Virus record (IMG/VR): IMGVR_UViG_3300028581_000036
Location: 7,041-71,040 of that record
DNA length: 64,000 nt
Source: a virus
Reading direction: 5' to 3' (one strand)
Of this stretch, positions 34,838 through 44,404 are shown one piece after another. Positions within the stretch are counted from its first letter, which is position 1; the number at the start of each line of letters is the position of its first letter. The notes beneath the pieces are model-generated. The model made no database searches, had not been told where the DNA came from, and worked only from the letters and a program-made list of their open reading frames with translations. The translations under genes and the position numbers were made by a program.

Positions 34838-36709
34838 ATGGCTGGACGCATAACAGGTCTAAACTCACCTTCATTGTCAAGTTCTCAGATATCACCGGAT
34901 GCTGCGCTTGAAATACAGGGTAGGTTAAAAAATGAATATACATCCGGCGCAGCTGACATTTTTATAAATTCACAGTACAATCAATCTTATCCTACTAAGA
35001 AATATAAAGTTGACGGTAAAGAAGTTGACTCACAGGGTACAGCTCCTTCGTCGATTGCAAACCGTTATGTTCTTTTTCAATTTAGAGGTCTAGGTGGAAG
35101 TGAACTTAATATCAGTGATTATAAAGATAATCCTGATTCTAGATTTGTAAATGATAATCAGTATAGACTTGCATTAGAACCTACTACAACTAATATAATC
35201 AAATTCTTTAATGATACACCAGGTAACATAGCAATGGTTTATAGCCATTCTGACTTCCTGTATTGTAAGTATCATGGAAAAATACCTAATAACTATTTAT
35301 TAACCTTAAGGAGGTTTCACATGCCAGTTGCCGATGACTTGCTGAGTGGGTTTACTATGAACTATGTTAAAGACGGTGACGGTAATGTAACATCTAAAGA
35401 ATTAGTAGATACAAGACAGCCTGATATTGCCAGAGCAGTAACATGGATGAGTGAAGTGACAGGTAATAAGCTTGAAGATATAATTAAATTCACAACAGAA
35501 TTGCCATTTAAGGAAGTTGAATCTGAATTACAGGTTCTAGAATCAAAGGCACAAGGCATACAAGGAAGTTCTATACTAGGAGTAGGTGTAAATAATGGTT
35601 CACTTGGTTTACTAGGCGGTCTAGCATCTACAGCAACAGTAGGTTCTAATCAATCATCAGCAAACGCAAGAGAACTTGAAGCAACAGCTGGATTTGACCC
35701 AATTAAAGGTACATATCCGAATTATGTTGAAGGACCTTTGTATATAATAAAAAGAATCATGGTTAAAGACAGTGGCATTTATTGCGCACAGGAGTTTAAA
35801 ATTAACTTTAATTATGAATTGAGATCTTACGGTAATGTTAATCCTAAAATGGCATTACTAGATATACTTGCTAACTTTTTAGTTTTAACTTATAATAGCG
35901 CACCTTTCTGGGGCGGAGCTGTTCGTTATATTTCAAATGGTAAATTTGGTAAACCTCTTGGTAACCATGCACTTCTTGCATCAGGAAATTTAAGTGGGTT
36001 TTTAAGCAGCCTAGTAAAAGACGCAGGTTCAATAATGGGTAAAGTCTTTGGAGACGGCCAAGGCGGATTTAGTATTGATTCTATAGCAGGCGGTGCTGGA
36101 AAAATAGCAGGAGATATGCTAGGCGGCTGGTTATCTAAAAACTTTAATACACCTCAGGGTGCACAGGGTACTCATGCTTTTTTATCGGGTGCGCCAACTG
36201 GTACATGGCATTTAACAATAGGTAATCCTCTTAATCCTATTGCTATGATAGGTAATCTAGTTTGCACACAGGCTGAATATTCATTTGAAGGACCACTTGG
36301 TAAAGATGACTTCCCGACGACATTGAATATATCTGTTACCTTAAAATCAGGTCGTGATAGAGATAAGGGAGATATTGAAAATATGTTTAATGGTGGTAGA
36401 GGAAGACTTTATCAAGTACCAGAAGGAATGGACGATTATGCGAATATATCCGGACTTCAACCAAACGTAGTTAATGCTTATAATAATGCTAAACTTGCAC
36501 AGAGTCAATCTAATAGCCTTCCAAAGTTATTTAGAGGTCATAATCCATCATCTGATAAATTACAAACTATACAAGAAGCTGCAAATAAAGTATACGACCA
36601 GGCAAAAGATTCAGGATCATTTAACTGGGTTAATAATAAATTCCCCAATGTAACTGAAAATATAGTAGCAGGAGTTAAAGTAATAGCCCAGGCTGTAAAA
36701 CACGGATAA
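34838..36709 (+). CDS. putative baseplate/tail-tube initiator-like structural protein
   Basis: 623 aa, first gene of hub cluster; WHLTIGNPLNPIAMIGNL...DDFPT; AATATATA upstream. Confidence 0.5.
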   Translation: MAGRITGLNSPSLSSSQISPDAALEIQGRLKNEYTSGAADIFINSQYNQSYPTKKYKVDGKEVDSQGTAPSSIANRYVLFQFRGLGGSELNISDYKDNPDSRFVNDNQYRLALEPTTTNIIKFFNDTPGNIAMVYSHSDFLYCKYHGKIPNNYLLTLRRFHMPVADDLLSGFTMNYVKDGDGNVTSKELVDTRQPDIARAVTWMSEVTGNKLEDIIKFTTELPFKEVESELQVLESKAQGIQGSSILGVGVNNGSLGLLGGLASTATVGSNQSSANARELEATAGFDPIKGTYPNYVEGPLYIIKRIMVKDSGIYCAQEFKINFNYELRSYGNVNPKMALLDILANFLVLTYNSAPFWGGAVRYISNGKFGKPLGNHALLASGNLSGFLSSLVKDAGSIMGKVFGDGQGGFSIDSIAGGAGKIAGDMLGGWLSKNFNTPQGAQGTHAFLSGAPTGTWHLTIGNPLNPIAMIGNLVCTQAEYSFEGPLGKDDFPTTLNISVTLKSGRDRDKGDIENMFNGGRGRLYQVPEGMDDYANISGLQPNVVNAYNNAKLAQSQSNSLPKLFRGHNPSSDKLQTIQEAANKVYDQAKDSGSFNWVNNKFPNVTENIVAGVKVIAQAVKHG

Positions 36710-36712
36710 CAT

Positions 36713-37231
36713 ATGAATATAAAATCTTTACAGAATTTAATAAAACTAGATACTGAAAGTGGTGAAGCTAAAATAAACATAGCTATACCTTCTTTTAAGA
36801 TAGCTGCTACAAGTAGTATCATAAGCGTACATTACGTTCAGCCATATCAGATTATGCGACCTGACTTAATATCACTTCAATATTACGGAACGACTGAATA
36901 TATTGACATAATACTGAAAGCGAATAGTATATCAAATCCATTTTGTATAAAAGAAGGAATGATTTTATTAATACCTGAAATTACAGGTGCTGTTAGAAAT
37001 TATAAACCTATTTCTAAAAATCTAAAACCTAGAACACAATTTCAAGATATTAAAAGAATTACGCCTATTGACAAAAAACGTCTTCAATTTCTTGCGCAGA
37101 AGTCTTCTGCTAAAAATAATGGATCTTCTGAAAATCTACCGCCTAATATGCTTAAGACTAATCAACAGAGCAAGGTTATAAAAAGCAATGAAATTATACT
37201 AGGTGCTAATATGAATATTAAAACTTCATAA
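36713..37231 (+). CDS. LysM-like baseplate wedge protein (T4 gp53-like)
   Basis: RPDLISLQYYG...ILKANSISNPF...G.ILLIP. Confidence 0.75.
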   Translation: MNIKSLQNLIKLDTESGEAKINIAIPSFKIAATSSIISVHYVQPYQIMRPDLISLQYYGTTEYIDIILKANSISNPFCIKEGMILLIPEITGAVRNYKPISKNLKPRTQFQDIKRITPIDKKRLQFLAQKSSAKNNGSSENLPPNMLKTNQQSKVIKSNEIILGANMNIKTS

Positions 37232-38730
37232 TGGGTATCATAAGCAATAATATACTAACCATAACTGAACCTGTTATCAAACTTGAAAAATTTGAGATAG
37301 GTAATACTGAAACTGCCGATGGTCCTAATAAGAACAACGACAGAATGAGTAAATTTACTGGCGATCAATATCCTGCTATACGTATTAATAAATTCGACTT
37401 TAACAAAGAGGACATTATTGCATTTTCACTTGACTTAAGTGGAATGTTTCCTGTCATGAGCGCTGTGCTAAAAGATAGCAAAGGTCTTTTCACAAAGGGT
37501 CAATACCCACAAGATGGTGATGTTGTTTCTATTTATATAAGAAGTAAAGATGAAACTATTTATAAGCCTATTAGAATGGACTTTGACATAACTGAAATAT
37601 CTGTTATACCAAATTCTAATGCTGAACAATATTCTGGGCCTTCAGGCGGAGGACCTGTTCAAATTTCCCTGAGAGGTGTTATTAGATTGCCTGGCTTGTT
37701 TGCTGAAAAATGTAAGACGTATACACAAGACACTTCTTATAATTTTATGATAGACTTATCTGAAGAGCTTGAAATAGGGTTTGCTTCAAATGAAGATTCT
37801 ACCGATGACAGCATGAAAAGAATATGTGCATTTGATACACTATATAAACTTTTAAAAGATGTTACAGACTCTGTATATAAAGATGATAATAGTTTTTTTA
37901 CAGCTTATATAGATCCTTATTATTATTTGAATCTAGTAAATGTTAACAAGCAAATAAAATTTAATACAGAAATAGAAGACACTTTAAATAGTCTCATACA
38001 AGATGCTAGTACACAAGCATCAGTAGAAGATGGAGCTTCAGCTAAAATAGAGGATAAATTATATTTAACAAATCACTTTTATAAAAAAGGATCTGCTACT
38101 TTTATGTCAAAATATTCTATAAAAAACAATGCGGCATCAATAACACTGGGTGACGGATATAGAAGAATTATACAATACTATGACACTGTAGATAAAGAAT
38201 ATAGAACGTTTTCTGTAGAACCTCTTACAAGTGAAAGTCTTCCCGCTGATCAGGCACCTCTTAAAGGTAAATACGATGCAGAAGGTACAAAAATGTACGA
38301 GACTCAGCAAAAATATAAGTATGTCGGAAAGCAAGGTAAAAATGTGCACTTAAATTATTATTTTGCACAAATGCTTAATTATAAAAACATGCTTGAGCTT
38401 GAAAAGATGTATCTTGAGGTAGAATTAGAAACTGCAAATATGGCTTTATATAAATATCAGATACTTCCAATTATTGTATATGAACAAAGTAACCAGGCTG
38501 CAACCATTCAGGACCAGAAAGAAAAGAATGCACAAGACAACGGCACATCAATGAAAGATAAAGTTGGAGATAAGGGTGATATAAAGAATGGTACAATAAA
38601 TAATAAAATTGACGAAAAACTTACCGGCACATATATTATAGGTAGAATATCATATACATATAATGAAGTAGAAGGTAGACTTAAACAAAAACTTGCACTC
38701 TTTAGAAGAGAGTGGCCTAATACACCATAA
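37231..38730 (+). CDS. putative baseplate hub protein (T4 gp27-like)
   Basis: Position between gp53-like and gp5-like genes; C-terminal LTGTYIIGRISY...LFRREW. Confidence 0.55.
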   Translation: MGIISNNILTITEPVIKLEKFEIGNTETADGPNKNNDRMSKFTGDQYPAIRINKFDFNKEDIIAFSLDLSGMFPVMSAVLKDSKGLFTKGQYPQDGDVVSIYIRSKDETIYKPIRMDFDITEISVIPNSNAEQYSGPSGGGPVQISLRGVIRLPGLFAEKCKTYTQDTSYNFMIDLSEELEIGFASNEDSTDDSMKRICAFDTLYKLLKDVTDSVYKDDNSFFTAYIDPYYYLNLVNVNKQIKFNTEIEDTLNSLIQDASTQASVEDGASAKIEDKLYLTNHFYKKGSATFMSKYSIKNNAASITLGDGYRRIIQYYDTVDKEYRTFSVEPLTSESLPADQAPLKGKYDAEGTKMYETQQKYKYVGKQGKNVHLNYYFAQMLNYKNMLELEKMYLEVELETANMALYKYQILPIIVYEQSNQAATIQDQKEKNAQDNGTSMKDKVGDKGDIKNGTINNKIDEKLTGTYIIGRISYTYNEVEGRLKQKLALFRREWPNTP

Positions 38731-38731
38731 C

Positions 38732-39985
38732 ATGGCTAATAAATTTACTAGAACATTTGACCTAGGGTCATTAGAGAGATATAAAAAAGGTCTACAGAAT
38801 GATTATGGGAAATACAATGATCCTACATATTTGGGGTTTGTATTTCTCTTTAACGACTATGACGTGCTTGAAAGCCCGTTACTGGTTAGAGATGATAATG
38901 GCGAAAAGGTTGGTTCTGCATTAAATTATCTAAAAAACATAAATCAGCCGCAGAGGTTTGAATATTTAAAAGCATTTCAAAGACTTTTATTTGATACCAA
39001 TTACTGGATGCCTTGGTTTTGGCAATCTATTAGCGGTATTGATAAAGTATGGGATTATAATAAATTGAAAGATCCTTATAAAGGAGGAGATGAATCTATA
39101 TTAACTATTGAAACGCTTGAATCAATAGATATGCGAATAACTGCCATGATGGATCTTTATAGAAAAGCCTGTTTTGACTATGAATATAGAAGGGAAATAC
39201 TACCTGTAAATCTAAGAATGTTTCAGTTATCGGTATTTGTACAAGAGATAAGAAATATACAAGTAGATTACGGTAGTGTTGGAAATGCTTTAAATACTAT
39301 AAATAGCGTCACAAGTGCATTCGGCGGACCTGGTAATCTTAAACTACCATTCGAAACGCCTGCTCAAAAAGCTGCAGCTGAAACAGCATCTGTTACAAAT
39401 GAGTTCGGTGCCAATCTTATGTATACATTAAGATTCTGTGAATTTGAAACGGACAAATCAGCTTCTGTATATAGCAATTTTAGTAATTCTGAAGCTCAGC
39501 AAATGGTTCAACAGCTTGTAATATCTTATGAAAATATTGACGAGTCTTATATTAACCCTACTGCATTCAATGTAGCATCTGGTTATAGCCCATCTGGTAA
39601 TTATTTCCCTGAGTTTGCAAAATTACCTTCACCTGAAACCGACGGAGGAGCTAGTTTATCAGACACTGTAAATAGTCTTAAAGATGATCCAGATTTTATA
39701 AAAGATAAAATGAGCGGTTTTGCCAAAAATCTTGGTGCTGCTGCAGCAGGTGCAGCATTAAATGCTGTTGATTCTTTAGCTGCAAGTGCTGCAAATAACA
39801 TACAAGGTAGACTTTCTAGACTTTTATTAGGTAATGTGTATGGATTTTCACCTAGTAATATATTAACGTCACTGCAACAGGGATCTCTTCTTTCACTAGG
39901 GCCTCAGGTGCAAAATATATCCAATCAATCTAATCAACAGGATCAAAACAATCCTGTGGATTTAGGTAATATCTATGATACATAA
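38732..39985 (+). CDS. putative tail tube-related/baseplate protein
   Basis: ATG 38732; LTIETLESIDMRI; context. Confidence 0.5.
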   Translation: MANKFTRTFDLGSLERYKKGLQNDYGKYNDPTYLGFVFLFNDYDVLESPLLVRDDNGEKVGSALNYLKNINQPQRFEYLKAFQRLLFDTNYWMPWFWQSISGIDKVWDYNKLKDPYKGGDESILTIETLESIDMRITAMMDLYRKACFDYEYRREILPVNLRMFQLSVFVQEIRNIQVDYGSVGNALNTINSVTSAFGGPGNLKLPFETPAQKAAAETASVTNEFGANLMYTLRFCEFETDKSASVYSNFSNSEAQQMVQQLVISYENIDESYINPTAFNVASGYSPSGNYFPEFAKLPSPETDGGASLSDTVNSLKDDPDFIKDKMSGFAKNLGAAAAGAALNAVDSLAASAANNIQGRLSRLLLGNVYGFSPSNILTSLQQGSLLSLGPQVQNISNQSNQQDQNNPVDLGNIYDT

Positions 39986-40794
39986 TGGGACTGAGCAATT
40001 TATTTTCTGATGATTTAACAACTTCTAGATGGTTAGGAAAGGTTATTGATAACCAGGATCCTGATTATGAGGGTAAAATAAAAGTCAGAGTGTTTGGTAA
40101 ATTCGATGACATAACAGATGAAGATTTACCATGGGCTAGACCCTGTGTTATGATAACAGGAGGTTCAGCAACAGGTTCAGGATTTCATTCTGTTCCTAAA
40201 GTAGATTCAGTAGTAGGTATATCTTTCGATAATGGAGATTTATATGAGCTTGAATATTTTTACCTGCAACACATTTCAGATGAACTGAAAAGTGAAATTG
40301 AAAACTCTTATGAAAATGCACATTCACTTATTTATGACACAGAAGTAGATGGCGGTATCAAAATATTTTTTACTACAGAGAAGGGTTTGATGCTGGATTA
40401 TAACGGCAGTCAAATTAATATAAGACCAGATAATACAATTTATCTGGAGCATTCAGGAGGTAAAGTTATACATATACAAAATAACAAAATTAGTATAGGT
40501 AAAGAAAATGAATCTGACGAGCCTGCAGTCCTTGGCGACAAGAATGTAGATGCATTAAATGCTCTCGCGGATCAGATTAATGCTCTTGCCACGGCAATTA
40601 CTACATATTCAGCTGCACAGGCTGCAATTACAGGAGCGCTTGTGATTTATTCACCTCTGACACCTGCGCTTACTGCACTGTCTGCACAGGTAGCGCCTAT
40701 TATTGCACAGTTACAAGCACCTATTAAAACAGTAACAATACCAAGGACCAGAAGTTCTACAGTAACAATAGACGGTCCATCAAAATTAATATAA
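39985..40794 (+). CDS. baseplate central spike (T4 gp5/VgrG OB-fold)
   Basis: WLGKVIDNQDP...GKIKVRVFG...LPWARP...VPKVDSVVGISF. Confidence 0.85.
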   Translation: MGLSNLFSDDLTTSRWLGKVIDNQDPDYEGKIKVRVFGKFDDITDEDLPWARPCVMITGGSATGSGFHSVPKVDSVVGISFDNGDLYELEYFYLQHISDELKSEIENSYENAHSLIYDTEVDGGIKIFFTTEKGLMLDYNGSQINIRPDNTIYLEHSGGKVIHIQNNKISIGKENESDEPAVLGDKNVDALNALADQINALATAITTYSAAQAAITGALVIYSPLTPALTALSAQVAPIIAQLQAPIKTVTIPRTRSSTVTIDGPSKLI

Positions 40795-40796
40795 CT

Positions 40797-41039
40797 ATGC
40801 CATTAGTAAAAAATACACTTGAGTTAGCATTAAAACAGGCATTCAAAGACGGCCTGGATGTTTTAGCAGCATATCCCGGATTGGATGCTAAACTAAACGA
40901 ATCTGCAGAAAAATTTGCAAAGCAAGCATCTACAGCAATTGATATTTATATAAAAACTGCTACTATAATTACTCCACCAGGGCAAGCAGTAGTATCAGGT
41001 GTTACAAGTTCACCGTCACTTCCTGCAGTTATTTCATAG
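40797..41039 (+). CDS. small protein after spike (possible spike tip)
   Basis: 80 aa; AIDIYIKTA; position. Confidence 0.5.
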   Translation: MPLVKNTLELALKQAFKDGLDVLAAYPGLDAKLNESAEKFAKQASTAIDIYIKTATIITPPGQAVVSGVTSSPSLPAVIS

Positions 41040-41087
41040 CATACGATATATAAATTATATTAATTATTCACTTTTAAAAACACATTA

Positions 41088-42248
41088 ATGCATATTGATG
41101 AAAATTTCTGGCTAGAAATAGAGTCAGAACAGCTTAAACTTAAGCAAACACAAAACAGAGCCGTTAAAGTTAACGGAAAAGACAAAGTTTATTATTACGG
41201 TAAAGATGCTCAGGGTAGATATGACCTTTACTACGGCTACACCAAAGATTACAAGCAACCTAAAACAGGTGAACTTACTGAAGCTAAGCTTGTTTCTATT
41301 ACAGGAGAAACTGCAGTACTTGATATTGGGTATAGGGAGTTTGCTTACATGGATCTTAAAAAAGAGTCCTCTTCTTATTCTGAGTATTTTAAAGTTGGTA
41401 ATACCATTTCGGTAAAACTAGGTAATCTCAAGAAAGAATTCATTTCCGTTTCATTTACTGACAGTGCGAATGAGAATAAATTAAAAGAGCTTATTGGCTC
41501 TATTAATAAACCTACAGCGTTCACTGCTCGTGTAGTTGAATTAGCATCAGCAGGTTATATGCTTGACATTGATGGAATTAAAGCTTTTATGCCAGGTTCT
41601 CTTGCAGGCTTAAATAAGATTACAGACTTTTCTGCTCTATTAGGTAAAGAACTTCCTGTATGTGCTGTAAACTATTCTAAAGAAAAAAATACTGCGGTAG
41701 TATCTCATAGACAATACTTACATTTCTTAATACCTAGTGCTATTGATGATTTAAGAAGTAATATGAGCAAATTACAAACAGGATTTGTAACAGGTAGTAC
41801 ACAGTACGGAATATTCTGCGAGTTTAATAACTGTTTAACAGGTATGATACATGCTGCAGATCTTTCTGATGAATTAAAGAGTGCACATGCTGCTGGTAAA
41901 ATTAAGCCAGGTGACAAACTTGAGTTTTATATAAAAGAGATTATCAATAATTTCAAAATCACTTTAACTCAATTCTATAAAGAAAACCCCTGGGATAATG
42001 CTGATGAAAAATATAAACCATTTCAGATTGCATTTGGTAAAATAACTAGCATTAAAGAATATGGTGCTTTCGTTGAACTTGAGCCTGGTATATCTGGTCT
42101 TATTCCGTCATCTGAAGTTAAAGGAAGCTTTAAAGAAGGTGACTCAATTGGTATACGCATAAACAAGATTGATAAAATTAACAAGAAAGTTTATTTAAGT
42201 GTAAATAATGATTTTAAAATTGGTTCTATTAAAGCCAAAGCTAATTAA
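41088..42248 (+). CDS. multi-S1-domain RNA-binding protein (ribosomal protein bS1-like)
   Basis: About four S1 repeats: AFMPGS, YGIFCEF...GMIH, YGAFVELEPGISGLI. Confidence 0.85.
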   Translation: MHIDENFWLEIESEQLKLKQTQNRAVKVNGKDKVYYYGKDAQGRYDLYYGYTKDYKQPKTGELTEAKLVSITGETAVLDIGYREFAYMDLKKESSSYSEYFKVGNTISVKLGNLKKEFISVSFTDSANENKLKELIGSINKPTAFTARVVELASAGYMLDIDGIKAFMPGSLAGLNKITDFSALLGKELPVCAVNYSKEKNTAVVSHRQYLHFLIPSAIDDLRSNMSKLQTGFVTGSTQYGIFCEFNNCLTGMIHAADLSDELKSAHAAGKIKPGDKLEFYIKEIINNFKITLTQFYKENPWDNADEKYKPFQIAFGKITSIKEYGAFVELEPGISGLIPSSEVKGSFKEGDSIGIRINKIDKINKKVYLSVNNDFKIGSIKAKAN

Positions 42249-42274
42249 ATATATACACTAAATAAACACTTAAC

Positions 42275-43588
42275 ATGTTAATTAGTGAGCGTACGTTAGA
42301 TATTTTATTAAAGTCTCGTATAAGCTATGATTTGGAATTTTGTTCTAAAATTAAAATACAAGAGGTTTCAGAAAATCTCTCAAAAAGCTTAGGTAAAAAA
42401 GTTTCAGTTTGTGATGAAAACACTGGTATAGATCTATCAGTCGATCATTACAAACTGGAACGCGAGTACGCTGACGGCGATAAAGTTATAAAACTTTCAA
42501 CAAGTTACCTGCCCTATCAAGAAGCAAGAATAGAGTTAATAAAAATATTGAATTATATAGGAGAAAACGGCTTTACTAATAAGGAGTGTGGTCTTCATAT
42601 AAATATTTCTATAAACGAGAGCTCTAGTAACAGGCAAATTTCACAAATGAATATCATTAAATTTATTTTAGAATTTAATGAAGATAAAGTCTGGAAAGAT
42701 TTCCCTGAAAGAAAGAATTCACCATATTCAAAGTCTATAAAATTTATAATGCCGGCTGACAAGCTAAATTATAATACTTCAAAAACCGTATTACAGTCTG
42801 ACTTTATTTATCCTAACAAACAATTTTACGGTGTAAATTTCGATAAGATACATGAAAATTATCTGAGATTTAACTATATCGGCGGAGCAGGTTATGAGAA
42901 AAAAGTAAATAGAATATTAGAAACACAAGATTACTTCATAGAACGCATTTCTGAAGTAGTTAATAACCCGACTTTTTCACAGGGTAATAAACAAACTCTT
43001 GGTAAAGTTATAATTGAGTTTAAAAAAGTACTGGAGGCATATTCATCCTTAAAGGGTTTCAAGAACAATTATCCTAATCTGGGTTTAATGGTTAACTTAG
43101 ATACTGATAACAATAACATAACCGCATTCTGGCCTAAAATACGTGACAGAATATTTGACCTCCTAACAGAAGGTGGCGTAACAGAAGGTATAATCAATTA
43201 TGATTCTAATACCGGCAAAGTACAGCTTAAGGATGCTGATCTTAGTAACTCTTTTTTGCTTGAGAATTTTGATATCGTGAACTGCGATAACGCTACAGGA
43301 CTTTTAAACAAGTGTGATATTTTCGGCACAACTATTATAGGTGCTGAAATAAACGAAAGCAATCTTTTTAATGGTACCAGGGTTAATAAATGTAAACTTG
43401 GTAACTGCTATATTAACAGATCGTCTATACTTGAAAATTCATTCGTAAATGGACCTAATACCATTATGAATGGTTTAATGAAAGGCGGAGTTTTTAAAAA
43501 GGGTAGAATTACTGATATATCTAAATTTGAAGATACAGAAGTAATTGAATACGAAAAAATAAGACCTGGTTCAAATGCCAAATATTAA
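42275..43588 (+). CDS. putative amidoligase (COOH-NH2 ligase-like) with C-terminal beta-helix-like region
   Basis: YDLEF, TNKECGLHINIS, YGVNF, YLRFNYIGG. Confidence 0.6.
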   Translation: MLISERTLDILLKSRISYDLEFCSKIKIQEVSENLSKSLGKKVSVCDENTGIDLSVDHYKLEREYADGDKVIKLSTSYLPYQEARIELIKILNYIGENGFTNKECGLHINISINESSSNRQISQMNIIKFILEFNEDKVWKDFPERKNSPYSKSIKFIMPADKLNYNTSKTVLQSDFIYPNKQFYGVNFDKIHENYLRFNYIGGAGYEKKVNRILETQDYFIERISEVVNNPTFSQGNKQTLGKVIIEFKKVLEAYSSLKGFKNNYPNLGLMVNLDTDNNNITAFWPKIRDRIFDLLTEGGVTEGIINYDSNTGKVQLKDADLSNSFLLENFDIVNCDNATGLLNKCDIFGTTIIGAEINESNLFNGTRVNKCKLGNCYINRSSILENSFVNGPNTIMNGLMKGGVFKKGRITDISKFEDTEVIEYEKIRPGSNAKY

Positions 43589-44390
43589 TGATGAATTAGC
43601 CGCTAATGCAGGCAGATGCATGGATAAGCTTATATCAAATGTAAATTCTGAGCTTACAAGCGCATGCATGATACCTATTACTATACCAAAGAAAGAAATG
43701 GTTAGGATAGTAACTGAAGCCAAGAAGTGGTTTTATAAAAACTACGAAGATTCTGTTAGAGAAGCATATTATGTAGTACCGACTACAGCCTTTAATACCG
43801 ATCTTTTTAAAAGTGTAAGGCAAATACCTTTACCAACATCTAAAGCTGATGGTTCAGGAAATGTAATAAGCATAAATGATTTTATGCAAGCAGGTGAGAT
43901 GCTAATAGGCGCCGGTAACAATGGATTTAGTATGGATGCTGACTTTACACTTGATAAATTTATATTTGCTAATGCTTATGCACTAGGCGGAGGAACCACT
44001 GTACTCGGTGAAAATTTAATGTACTATGTAGCAAATGAAAATTTGTTTGACATGGCAAGACAGGTTCTTCAACCTAAAGTGTCATATAGTTATAATCGTT
44101 TATCGCATACTTTAACTATACTAGGTAAAACGCCTAAGCATAATTGTGTATTAAGTGTATATGAGACAATAGATGATTGTTCACTTTATTCAGATGAGAT
44201 ATTTCATAGATATGTTGCGGCAAAATCTAAAGTTCAACTTGGCACAATGATGATGACATTTGGTTTTACTTTACCTGGTAACGTCACATTAAACGCTGAT
44301 ATGATACGAGATGCTGGACAGACTGAACTTGATGGTATTAAAGAGGAAATTAAAGGCGACGAAGGCGTTGATTATTTCTTAACTTCATAA
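43575..44390 (+). CDS. neck protein (T4 gp13-like)
   Basis: C-terminal YVAAKSKVQLG...FTLPGNVTLNA...ELDGIKEEI. Confidence 0.75.
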   Translation: MPNINDELAANAGRCMDKLISNVNSELTSACMIPITIPKKEMVRIVTEAKKWFYKNYEDSVREAYYVVPTTAFNTDLFKSVRQIPLPTSKADGSGNVISINDFMQAGEMLIGAGNNGFSMDADFTLDKFIFANAYALGGGTTVLGENLMYYVANENLFDMARQVLQPKVSYSYNRLSHTLTILGKTPKHNCVLSVYETIDDCSLYSDEIFHRYVAAKSKVQLGTMMMTFGFTLPGNVTLNADMIRDAGQTELDGIKEEIKGDEGVDYFLTS

Positions 44391-44404
44391 AAAAAACTAA
44401 GTAG

